Below, piece after piece: positions 7,921-15,600 of a stretch of 41,685 nt of DNA (position 1 is the stretch's first letter; the number at the start of each line of letters is the position of its first letter). The position numbers and the translations under genes are program-made. The notes beneath the pieces were generated by a model, which saw only the letters and a program-made list of their open reading frames with translations, was not told the DNA's origin and did no database searches. Location of the stretch: the NCBI GenBank assembly GCA_034666445.1, contig JAXDLV010000068.1, positions 1-41,685 of the forward strand, read 5' to 3'. The DNA is from Chloroflexota bacterium (lineage in GTDB: Bacteria > Chloroflexota > Dormibacteria > DASZGP01).

Positions 7921-10231
7921 GTGCAGCCTCCGCGCCGGCCAGGCTGCCCGGCCCGGCCCTCGCAATGCTGAGCGCCGCCGCCTTGCAGTCGACCTCCCGC
8001 TCGTAATCGGCGGCGGCGCCGACACACGCCGGGCACCCACGGGTGCACTCGCAGGACGACACGAGGTCCGCAGCGGCCGCCAGGACGCGGTCGTGCAGGT
8101 CGAACAGCCGCGGACTGAGGCCGACGCCGCCCGGGAAGACGTCGTAGACGAAGACCGTCGCCCCGCCCGTCCGGGGGGAGCGCACCTGCACGGCGACGCC
8201 GAGGTCCCGTGGGTCGCACATCAGGTGCACCGCGGCGGTGTGGCGGAGCACGTGGGCCAGCCCCTGCAGTCCCGCCTGCAGCTCCAGCCGCGGGTAGGTG
8301 GCGGCCAGGTCGTCGTCGACGCGCAGCCAGTAGCCGGTGGTGTGGAGGTCGACCTGCGGCAGGTCGATGGGACCTGCGCCCACGGAGAGGTCCAGGTGAC
8401 GTCGCTGGCCACGATATTCAAGAAGATCCGCTTCCACACCCACGAGGCCGTGGGCGCGGGTGAGGTTCCCGGGGGCCGAGTCGAAGGCCTCCAGCACCTC
8501 CACGCTGGCGCTGCGGTCGGCGTCGGTGTAGTAGTCGACGTTGACCGGGCGCACATATGCCTTCTTCTCGCCCCAGTCGAGCTTGTCGACGTGGTACTGC
8601 TGCCCCTCGTGGATGTAGATGGCCTGGTCGTGCAGGAGGGTCTGGGCGGCGAACTGGTCCATCTCGCCGATGACGCGGGCGCCAATGCTGCCGGGGGCGG
8701 CCGCGGGCGCGTTGCTGGTGTCGATAATCACCACGTTCTCGGCCAGCACGGTGCGGAGGCTGACCTCCGCCGCGGGGAACGCCTCCGAGGACCAGAACCA
8801 GCGCCCCTCCGAGTGGTGCGCCTGGCCCTCGTCGGCGAGCAGGTCGAGCAGGTCGGCCACGTCGGCCGTGCCAAAGCGCTCACCGTCCGCCAGGGGAACC
8901 TCGAAGACCGACGCCTGCAGGTGCCCCAGCAGCACCAGCAGGTTGTCCGGGTCGATGAGGCCATGCTCCGGCGAGCGCCCCAGGAAGTACTCGGGGTGGT
9001 GCGCGAGGAACTGGTCGACGGGGCTGCTGGAGCACACCAGCACGCCAACGGCGGGCTCGTCGCGGCGGCCGGCGCGGCCCAGCTGCTGCCAGGTCGACGC
9101 GATGCTCCCGGGGTAGCCGCAGAGCACGGCGGCCTGCATCTGGCCGACGTCGATGCCCAGCTCCAGCGCGTTGGTGGCCACCACGCCCCGCACCGCCCCG
9201 CTGCGCAGGCCGCGCTCGATCTCGCGGCGCTGCCCCGGGAGATAGCCACCCCTGTAGCCGCGGACATCGCCGTGGCGGCCGAGGCGGTCGCTGAAGGACT
9301 GCTTGAGGTAGGTCAGCAGCACCTCGACCTGCAGACGGCTCCGCCCGAACACGATCGTCTGGGCGCCGCCGCTGAGGAACCGCGACGCGATCCGCTGGGT
9401 CTCCAGCATCGACGAGCGCCGGATGCCGAGCTCGGCGTTCACCACCGGCGGGTTGTAGAAGACCAGGCGCCGCGGCGGCGACGGGGCGCCGTTGTCGTCG
9501 ACCACCGCCACCGGCCGCTCCAGGACCTTGCTCGCCAGCTCGCCCGGGTTGGCGATGGTGGCCGAGGCCAGCAGGAAGGTGGGCGACGCGCCGTAGAAGT
9601 CGCAGATGCGCTTCATCCGCCGGACGACGTTGGCGAGGTGGCTGCCGAACACGCCTCGGTAGGCGTGGAGCTCGTCGATGACCACGTACTCCAGGTTCTG
9701 GAAGAGCTTCAGCCACTTGGTGTGGTGCGGCAGGATCGCGGAGTGCAGCATGTCGGGGTTGGTGATCACGACGTGGCCGGCCTCGCGAATGGCGGCCCGG
9801 GCGGCGGCCGGGGTGTCGCCGTCGTACGTGAACGTACGGATCCCCGCCTCGAGGTGGCCGGACAGCTCGTGCAGCTCGGCAAGCTGGTCCTGGGCCAGCG
9901 CCTTGGTGGGAAACATGTAGAGGGCCCGGGCGTCGGGGCGCTCCAGGACGCGGCTGAGGACCGGCAGGTTGTAGCAGAGGGTCTTGCCCGAGGCCGTGGG
10001 CGTCACCACCACGACGTCGCGGCCCGCGGCAGCGTGCTCGAAAACCTCGGCCTGGTGGCTGTAGAGCCGCTCGATGCCACGGGCCCGGAGGGCCTGGCGG
10101 AGACGCGGTGGCACCCCTGCCGGGACCTCGGCGTACCGCGCCGGGCGCCCCTCTACCAGGTGGTCGAGGCAGACCCCCTCACGAAACTCGCGATCGTCGA
10201 GGAGGCGATCCAGGATCTCGATGGCGCCCAT
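7898..10231 (-). CDS. mrfA: DEAD/DEAH-box SF2 helicase with C-terminal DUF1998 zinc domain, YprA/MrfA-like
   Basis: TPTASGKT (motif I), VVIDELH (DExH), LASAT, GRAGRR, and a C-terminal CECTRGCPACV...C four-Cys module. At 777 aa it is typical of the YprA/MrfA class. Confidence 0.85.
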   Translation of the reverse strand: MGAIEILDRLLDDREFREGVCLDHLVEGRPARYAEVPAGVPPRLRQALRARGIERLYSHQAEVFEHAAAGRDVVVVTPTASGKTLCYNLPVLSRVLERPDARALYMFPTKALAQDQLAELHELSGHLEAGIRTFTYDGDTPAAARAAIREAGHVVITNPDMLHSAILPHHTKWLKLFQNLEYVVIDELHAYRGVFGSHLANVVRRMKRICDFYGASPTFLLASATIANPGELASKVLERPVAVVDDNGAPSPPRRLVFYNPPVVNAELGIRRSSMLETQRIASRFLSGGAQTIVFGRSRLQVEVLLTYLKQSFSDRLGRHGDVRGYRGGYLPGQRREIERGLRSGAVRGVVATNALELGIDVGQMQAAVLCGYPGSIASTWQQLGRAGRRDEPAVGVLVCSSSPVDQFLAHHPEYFLGRSPEHGLIDPDNLLVLLGHLQASVFEVPLADGERFGTADVADLLDLLADEGQAHHSEGRWFWSSEAFPAAEVSLRTVLAENVVIIDTSNAPAAAPGSIGARVIGEMDQFAAQTLLHDQAIYIHEGQQYHVDKLDWGEKKAYVRPVNVDYYTDADRSASVEVLEAFDSAPGNLTRAHGLVGVEADLLEYRGQRRHLDLSVGAGPIDLPQVDLHTTGYWLRVDDDLAATYPRLELQAGLQGLAHVLRHTAAVHLMCDPRDLGVAVQVRSPRTGGATVFVYDVFPGGVGLSPRLFDLHDRVLAAAADLVSSCECTRGCPACVGAAADYEREVDCKAAALSIARAGPGSLAGAEAALAAAGPA

Positions 10232-10293
10232 CGGCGGCGATCATAACGCACACCTGTTCGCCACACAAGCGTTCGCCCCTCGCGGGCGGCGGG

Positions 10294-10965
10294 CTACTCG
10301 ACCAGGGCGGCGGTGAGGAGCAGGCGCGTGCTGTAGCTGTGGACGGCGGCCAGGTACGTCCCGGAGCAAGTGATCAGCGTGATCGTGGGAGTCCCCTCCC
10401 GCGCGTACAGGTCGTCCGGGATCGTGGAGTTGTAGGCCACGGTGCGCGACCGGCTGACGGCAAAGTGGTGCGTGGTGCCGTCGGCCGCGGTGAAGCTGAT
10501 GCGGTCACCTATCGACAGCGTGTGGAGGTGGTAGAAGACAGCCGGGCCGGTGTACCAGTCGAGGTGGCCCTCGATGATGGCGTTGCCGGGCTCGCCCGGC
10601 CTCACGGCGCGGTTGAACACCCCGACGTCCCAGATCCCGGGGGTGGTGTCCATGGCGCCGGCGCGTGTCACGCCGACCTCGCGCGCCACGGCGTTGACGC
10701 TGATCCTGGGGATGGAGAGCATCCCAATTGCGCCCGCCGGCAGCGCCGGCCGCGGCGGCGGCGGGAGGTCGGGGGCGACGAGCAGCGCGTGGTGCCCGTC
10801 CTCGGCCACGATGGCCACCACCGCGGGGGTTTCGGCGGTCGCCTGCTGCACCGGCTCGGTGAACGCGGCGGACCCAGCCACGATCAACGCCATCAACAGC
10901 GCCACCGGCATGACGCGCGCCCACGGCGGGAGCAGCCTTGGATTCATGGGTGCATATCCTGCCAA
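10294..10965 (-). CDS. Sortase family transpeptidase (class E/F-like)
   Basis: N-terminal TM anchor, LSIPRISVNA, catalytic His in IIEGHLD, TLITCSG (TLxTC Cys), and conserved Arg in YSTRLLL. Confidence 0.8.
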   Translation of the reverse strand: MAGYAPMNPRLLPPWARVMPVALLMALIVAGSAAFTEPVQQATAETPAVVAIVAEDGHHALLVAPDLPPPPRPALPAGAIGMLSIPRISVNAVAREVGVTRAGAMDTTPGIWDVGVFNRAVRPGEPGNAIIEGHLDWYTGPAVFYHLHTLSIGDRISFTAADGTTHHFAVSRSRTVAYNSTIPDDLYAREGTPTITLITCSGTYLAAVHSYSTRLLLTAALVE

Positions 10966-10993
10966 GCCGGCGGCCGGATGTCATTAACCATGC

Positions 10994-11833
10994 TCAGTTG
11001 GACCACGCCGTGATCTCCCTCCCCAGCCAGCTGGCCAGCTCCCGGTTGGGAGCCGCGAAGTGCTCCTCCAGGCGGGCTCGAACGTCGGGCTCCATCTCGG
11101 GGTAGGCGGCCTCGTCGCGGTTCAGCCTGTCGAGCCGGCGTGCCAGCCCGGGGGCGATGCTCCACGCACGGACCCGCATCATCGCCTTGCGCAGCCGCCA
11201 GGAGCGGAAGCTGTGGCTGGCGTTGAAGACCTCGCCGAGGTTGGGCGGGGTGAAGGCCTCCTCCACGCCGAGGAAGCGATGGAGCTCGGACAGCACTGCC
11301 TCCGGGGCATCCACCATCTCCTCCAGGATCATCACGTGGATGGCGGCGCGGGGGTAATGCTCCGCCACGTTGCGGAGCTGGGCGGCGTAGTGGCCCAGGC
11401 CGATGTAGGCGCCGGGCTGAGCCGGGCCCGGTACCAGCGGGCGCGGGTCGTCGATGTCCATCGCCTCGGCAAAGGAGCGGAGGTCGGTGCCACGACGGCG
11501 CACCTGCCAGTAGTGCGAGTAGGCGCGCTCGATCGGGTTGCGCAGGATGGCGACCAGCCGGGCGTCGGGCAGAAGCTCCGCCATCCGCCGCGGCGCGTCG
11601 GGGTCGACCATGTAGGTGGGGGTCGCCTCCCCCACCGCCTTCTCCGAACCGGCGCGGGCGAAGTGCGCCAGGTACCACTCCGGACCCTCGCGGTGGCGGC
11701 GGTCGAAGTAGCGCAGCTCCTTCTCGGGCGCCATGTAGACGTCCGGGTGGGCGCCGAGGTAGCGCGCCAGGGTCGTCGTCCCCGACTTGGGCGCGCCGAT
11801 GACCAGGAAGGTGGGTAGCCGGGACTCCGCCAT
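10994..11833 (-). CDS. Sulfotransferase domain protein (PAPS-dependent)
   Basis: FLVIGAPKSGTTTLARYL (5'-PSB loop) and ILRNPIERAYSHYW (3'-PB motif). It ends 28 nt upstream of the sortase. Confidence 0.8.
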   Translation of the reverse strand: MAESRLPTFLVIGAPKSGTTTLARYLGAHPDVYMAPEKELRYFDRRHREGPEWYLAHFARAGSEKAVGEATPTYMVDPDAPRRMAELLPDARLVAILRNPIERAYSHYWQVRRRGTDLRSFAEAMDIDDPRPLVPGPAQPGAYIGLGHYAAQLRNVAEHYPRAAIHVMILEEMVDAPEAVLSELHRFLGVEEAFTPPNLGEVFNASHSFRSWRLRKAMMRVRAWSIAPGLARRLDRLNRDEAAYPEMEPDVRARLEEHFAAPNRELASWLGREITAWSN

Positions 11834-11885
11834 CGGTGGCTATCCTCTCAACTGACCGGCGACTTTGTCAGGGAGCGTCACGACG

Positions 11886-12464
11886 ATGGGACAACCAGGC
11901 GGCAACGCGGTCGAGACCGAGCTCAAATACCTGGGCGCCGACGCCGGCGCCGTCCGCGCCGCGCTGCAGGCGGCCGGTGCGAAGCTGGAGTCGCCGCGTC
12001 AGCTGGAGGTCAACCTGGTCTTTGATGACGAGGCGGGCAGCCTGCGCGCCGCCGGCCGCCTGCTGCGCCTGCGCGACGGGCACGAGCTGACGGTCAAGCT
12101 GCCGCTGGAGGACGACCGCTTCAAGGCGCAGCGGGAGATCACGGTCCACGTCGCCGACGGCCCCGTCGAGGAGCTCCTGGGGGGCCTCGGCTACCAGGCC
12201 CGGGCTCGCTACGAGAAGTACCGCGAGGGCTGGGACCTCGACGGCATGTGGGTCACGATCGACGACCTGCCCTTCCTTGGCACCGTCGTCGAGATCGAGG
12301 GCGACCGCGGCGGCATCGACGCGGCGGCCAAAAAGCTCGGGCTGGGGCAGGCGCAGACGTCCACCCGCAACTACCTGGCGCTCTTCGCCGACTACGCGGA
12401 GGCCCACCGCCTGTCCCCCGACCAGATGACGTTCGCGGCGGCGGGGTCGCAGCCGGGGGCCTAG
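11886..12464 (+). CDS. CYTH domain protein (class IV adenylate cyclase / triphosphate tunnel metalloenzyme family)
   Basis: N-terminal VETELKY (ExExK signature), LRLRDGHELTVK and WVTIDDLPFLGTVVEIEG. Start set at ATG 11886 rather than TTG 11865. Confidence 0.8.
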   Translation: MGQPGGNAVETELKYLGADAGAVRAALQAAGAKLESPRQLEVNLVFDDEAGSLRAAGRLLRLRDGHELTVKLPLEDDRFKAQREITVHVADGPVEELLGGLGYQARARYEKYREGWDLDGMWVTIDDLPFLGTVVEIEGDRGGIDAAAKKLGLGQAQTSTRNYLALFADYAEAHRLSPDQMTFAAAGSQPGA

Positions 12465-12513
12465 GTTGTTCGGCTCACGAGATCTGCCGACAGCAGCGGC
12501 TGATCTGTAGTCA

Positions 12514-12693
12514 CCAGGGCGGCCGACGCCGCACATCCTGGGGGTTCATCCGGCCGGCGCTGCGACCAGGCCTTTCACATCGCACCGCGCCGGCCTGCCT
12601 GCGCGGGCGTCCGCGCTGACATCAGCTTTAGTTCTCTACTCTCCCGCCCGCTCCGGAAATCACCCCCAGGATGCGCGACGCCGTCCGCCCTGG
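12514..12693. repeat. Left stem-loop module of the foldback (32-bp stem enclosing 116 nt)
   Basis: 12514-12545 pairs with 12662-12693: 28/32 Watson-Crick, and 31/32 with G-U if read as minus-strand RNA. An inner 9-bp helix GGCCGGCGC 12552-12560 pairs with GCGCCGGCC 12587-12595. Confidence 0.6.
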
Positions 12694-12878
12694 ACTGCGC
12701 ACCACGGCGCCGCTGCTCTGATCCGCGATGTCCTCATCGGAGGTGGGATCAGCCGTTGACGGTCTGTCGACAGCGGTACGGCAAGTGCAGCGCTGTTGAG
12801 CTGCCGAAGGTCGCCTGAGGCAGGTTTCACCTCTAACAAGTCATCGCGGATAGAGCGACAGCTGCCCCCGCGCGCAGT

Positions 12879-13054
12879 CCCGAGTGCCGGGTGCTGCAGA
12901 CCCGGGGGCGATTTACGGAGCGGGCGGGATGTGCATCTGGCATGAGCTACGCAGATCACGGCCGCACGCGCAGTAGGCCGGCGCAGTGGCATCGGACTGC
13001 TGGACGCAGCGCCGGCCGCATGAGCCCTCGGGTCTGCGGCTCCCGGCGCCAGGG
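12879..13054. repeat. Right stem-loop module of the foldback (31-bp stem enclosing 114 nt)
   Basis: 12879-12909 pairs with 13024-13054: 25/31 Watson-Crick, and 28/31 with G-U if read as plus-strand RNA. An inner 9-bp helix pairs 12976-12984 with 13009-13017. Confidence 0.6.
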
Positions 13055-13103
13055 CCACCCGATACCCGCGGCAGCTGTCACGTTATCTCGTGAGCTGTAC
13101 CCC

Positions 13104-14198
13104 TTAGGGCGGGGCGCCCGCCTTCAGCCGCTCGATGATCGCGTCGGCCACCTGGCTGGTGCCCACGGCGGTGGGGTCGTTGCGGTCCGCCTTCATGTCG
13201 TAGGTCACGTTCTTGCCCTCGGCGATCACCGCGGCGATGGCGTCCTCCAGCCGCTGGGCGGCGTCGGTCTCCTTCAGGTAGCGCAGCATCATGACGCCCG
13301 AGAGCAGCATGGCCATCGGGTTCATCTTGTTCTGGCCGGCGTACTTGGGGGCGCTGCCATGGGTGGCCTCGAAGACCGCGATGCCATTGCCGACATTGGC
13401 GCCGGGAGCCAGCCCCAGGCCGCCGATCAGGCCGGCGCCGAGGTCCGACACGATGTCGCCGTAGAGGTTGGGCAGCACCAGCACGTCGTACAGGTCAGGG
13501 TTCTGGACGAGCTGCATGCACATGTTGTCGACGATGCGGTCCTCGAACTCGATGTCGGGGTAGTCGCGCGCGACCTCCTGGGCGACGTGGAGGAAGAGGC
13601 CGTCGGTGAACTTCATGATGTTGGCCTTGTGCACCGCGGTGACCTTCTTGCGGCCATTGTCGCGGGCGTAGTCGAACGCCGCCTGGACGACCCGGCGGCT
13701 GCCGAAGATGGAGATTGGCTTGATCGTGATGCCGGAGTCCTCGCGGATCGTGCGGCCGGCAGCCTCGCTGAGGAACTCGATCACCCTGTGGGCCTCGTCG
13801 GTCCCCTCCTGGAACTCGATGCCGGCGTAGGCGTCCTCGGTGTTCTCGCGCACCAGGACGAGGTCGATGTGCTCATAGCGGGAGCGGACCCCCGGGTAGC
13901 TCTTGCAGGGACGGAACAGGGCGAAGAGGTCGAGCTCCTTGCGCAGCGCTACGTTGACGGAGCGGATGCCCTTGCCGATCGGGGTGGTGATGGGCCCCTT
14001 GATGGCCACCTTGTTGCGGCGGATCGACTCCAGCACATGCTCGGGGAGCGGCGTGCCGTGCTCCTCCATGACGTTCTCACCCGCCTGGAGGACCTCCCAC
14101 TCGAAGTCGACGCCGGTGGCATCAAGCACGCGCATCGTGGCCTCGCTGAGCTCGGGGCCGACGCCATCGCCGGGGATCATGGTGGTCTTGTAGGCCAT
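13104..14198 (-). CDS. Isocitrate/homoisocitrate dehydrogenase family protein (NAD-IDH-like)
   Basis: [61 protein letters not shown] and [19 protein letters not shown]. Start set at ATG 14198, with a GAAAGGGAAG purine-rich SD upstream and 23 nt after the previous gene. The track start at 14312 overlaps that gene. Confidence 0.85.
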   Translation of the reverse strand: MAYKTTMIPGDGVGPELSEATMRVLDATGVDFEWEVLQAGENVMEEHGTPLPEHVLESIRRNKVAIKGPITTPIGKGIRSVNVALRKELDLFALFRPCKSYPGVRSRYEHIDLVLVRENTEDAYAGIEFQEGTDEAHRVIEFLSEAAGRTIREDSGITIKPISIFGSRRVVQAAFDYARDNGRKKVTAVHKANIMKFTDGLFLHVAQEVARDYPDIEFEDRIVDNMCMQLVQNPDLYDVLVLPNLYGDIVSDLGAGLIGGLGLAPGANVGNGIAVFEATHGSAPKYAGQNKMNPMAMLLSGVMMLRYLKETDAAQRLEDAIAAVIAEGKNVTYDMKADRNDPTAVGTSQVADAIIERLKAGAPP

Positions 14199-14221
14199 TG
14201 TGTTCTTCCCTTTCTTTTCGG

Positions 14222-15220
14222 CTAGATGACGAACTGTCCGTCCCGCATCAGGTACTGACCGTCGACCTTGATGGTCGAGCGGGTGGCCACGACATCGCAG
14301 TGGCTGGGGCAATCCCAGTCGGCGCCGGTCTCCTGCCCGTAAGGAAAGCCGAAGGCCACGTGGACCCCCGGGATCTTCTCATCCTGCAGTAGGTTACCGG
14401 TTAGCTTCTTGAGGGCGACGTTGGTACCGATGGCGAACTCGCCGGCGCGGTTGCTGTTCTCGTGCTGGGCCAGGTACGCCTCCATCTCCTGGCGGATTTC
14501 GTCGTCCGGGTGGGTCACCTTGCGCACCCTGCCGCGGTCGACCTCGAACAACATGGGGTGCTCGAGGACGCCGTACCTGGCGGAGAAGTGGTCGCCGAGG
14601 ACCTCGGCGCCCAGCACGCCCTGGAGCGAGGCCGGCGAGGTGAACGTCTCGCCCTCGGGCAGGTTGCCCCACTCGCCCGGCGCGTGGTAGATGCCGTTGC
14701 ACGGGTGCCAGCGAAGCCGGCCGGGGTCCAGCTCGGCGCGGGCATCGGTCCCCGACGGGGCGGTGACCTCCACCAGCCGGGCGTCCTTGACCACCTCGTT
14801 GACGCGCAGGGTGAGCCGCGAGATCTCCTCGTAGTCGGCCGCCATCCCCTCCTCCATCAGCTGCACCGTGATGCCCGGCATGTGGCCGTGGCGAGCCTTG
14901 AGGTCGTAGATGACGTGCCTCGTGAGCGGGGCGCGGAGAGCCAGCTCGCCCTCCAGTGACTGGGCGGCATAGAAGGAGACCGTGGGGTGGAGGTCGTCGA
15001 TGCGCTGGAGGAGCTCGTCCGGCAGTCCCTGGGCGGGCCGGGTGGTGAAGTCCTCCAGCTTGAGAACGGTGACCGGGGCCTCGACCAGCTCACACTCCGC
15101 CGCGAGCGCGTGGCCGATCTCCCCGGTCGCCTCGTCGGTGATCACCAGGACCTTGTCCCGGGGGCCGATCCCCATGCAAACGTTCACGGCGTTGGCGGCG
15201 CCCTGGCGAAGGTCACCCAT
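14222..15220 (-). CDS. Aminopeptidase, M29/AmpS (aminopeptidase T)-like family
   Basis: 332 aa with [25 protein letters not shown] and IPGVHVAFG. This is as I recall for COG2309-type thermophilic metalloprotease-like proteins. The family assignment is from memory only. Confidence 0.55.
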   Translation of the reverse strand: MGDLRQGAANAVNVCMGIGPRDKVLVITDEATGEIGHALAAECELVEAPVTVLKLEDFTTRPAQGLPDELLQRIDDLHPTVSFYAAQSLEGELALRAPLTRHVIYDLKARHGHMPGITVQLMEEGMAADYEEISRLTLRVNEVVKDARLVEVTAPSGTDARAELDPGRLRWHPCNGIYHAPGEWGNLPEGETFTSPASLQGVLGAEVLGDHFSARYGVLEHPMLFEVDRGRVRKVTHPDDEIRQEMEAYLAQHENSNRAGEFAIGTNVALKKLTGNLLQDEKIPGVHVAFGFPYGQETGADWDCPSHCDVVATRSTIKVDGQYLMRDGQFVI

Positions 15221-15228
15221 GGCGCGGC

Positions 15229-15432
15229 CTACTTGTAGCGGTAGACGATCCGCCCGCGGTTCAGGTCGTAGGGAGTGACCTCGACCTTGATCCGGTCGCC
15301 GAGCAGGATCCGAATGTAGAACTTGCGCATCTTCCCTGCAGCGTAGGCGATCACCTCGTGGCCGTTGTCCAGCCGCACCCGGAACATCGCATTGGGCAGG
15401 GGCTCCACGACCTCGCCGTCGAGCTCGACCAC
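15229..15432 (-). CDS. infA: Translation initiation factor IF-1
   Basis: [59 protein letters not shown] is the unmistakable S1-like IF-1 core. GTG start with AAGGAAG just upstream. The exact N-terminus is uncertain (see findings). Confidence 0.9.
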   Translation of the reverse strand: MVELDGEVVEPLPNAMFRVRLDNGHEVIAYAAGKMRKFYIRILLGDRIKVEVTPYDLNRGRIVYRYK

Positions 15433-15600
15433 CTCTTCCTTCTTGTCCGGCGCGTCCTCGGTGATGATGACGCGCTTGCGCGGCCCACCTCTCGGCGGCC
15501 GGCGGGGACCCTTCCTAGCGATCTCGGAACCTCATCTGGGGGGAGTTTAGCAGTGGAGGTTGGCGCTCACGCCTCACTGCGCGCACGGAGCACCCCGAGA

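Larger units (their letters stand above)
12473..13095. repeat. 623-bp diverged foldback: two inverted ~300-nt copies filling the convergent intergenic gap
   Basis: Hand alignment of the plus strand from 12473 against the reverse complement from 13095:
- Ends GCTCACGAGAT 12473-12483 = rc of 13085-13095 (11/11).
- 12546-12569 vs rc 13000-13023 (22/24).
- 12642-12667 vs rc 12904-12929 (24/26).
- 12715-12730 vs rc 12842-12856 (15/16 with a 1-nt indel).
- Centre at CAGCGCTG 12788-12795.
Segments between blocks are related but diverged, with indels that are not multiples of 3. Confidence 0.8.

Noticed and set aside
7898-10231. DUF1998 helicase as a component of a phage-defence system (Druantia-like).
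   Set aside because: At 777 aa it is far shorter than DruE-type proteins. It is paired with a YprB-like exonuclease, as in the MrfAB repair module. The flanking genes are a lipoprotein and a sortase, not defence genes.
1546-10246. Other long shadow ORFs over the left part: 1546..2886(+), 2996..4381(+), 3771..5153(-), 6164..7072(+), 7141..7971(+), 7530..8219(-), 8093..10246(+) and 8880..9716(-).
   Set aside because: Each lies antisense to, or in an alternate frame of, a gene with strong family motifs (PPK2, LigD PolDom, M23, MrfB, MrfA). The products are Arg/Pro/Gly/Ala-rich and motif-free.
12800-12840. GAGGTGAAACC (minus strand) and nearby GC-rich helices briefly resembled RNase P RNA or cobalamin-riboswitch core motifs.
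   Set aside because: The other obligatory motifs are absent (GAGGAAAGUCCGGGC for RNase P; the B12 box GCCACUG in proper context with GGGAA...GGUG). The gap lies downstream of both flanking genes, which is the wrong place for a riboswitch.
12660-13058. 132-aa minus-strand ORF inside the long intergenic gap.
   Set aside because: It spans the centre of the foldback and reads as Ala/Arg/Pro junk. The two foldback arms differ by indels that are not multiples of three, so no reading frame is conserved between the copies.
12465-13103. Possibility that the foldback is a dif/Xer site, a prophage att remnant (icd is a known integration target in E. coli), or a CRISPR or REP/BIME cluster.
   Set aside because: There is no AT-rich 28-bp dif-like core. 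No integrase or phage genes are within 40 kb. I saw no direct repeats with unique spacers, and the stems (about 32 bp with ~115-nt loops) are far larger than REP units. A MITE is not excluded and is kept as an alternative in the finding.
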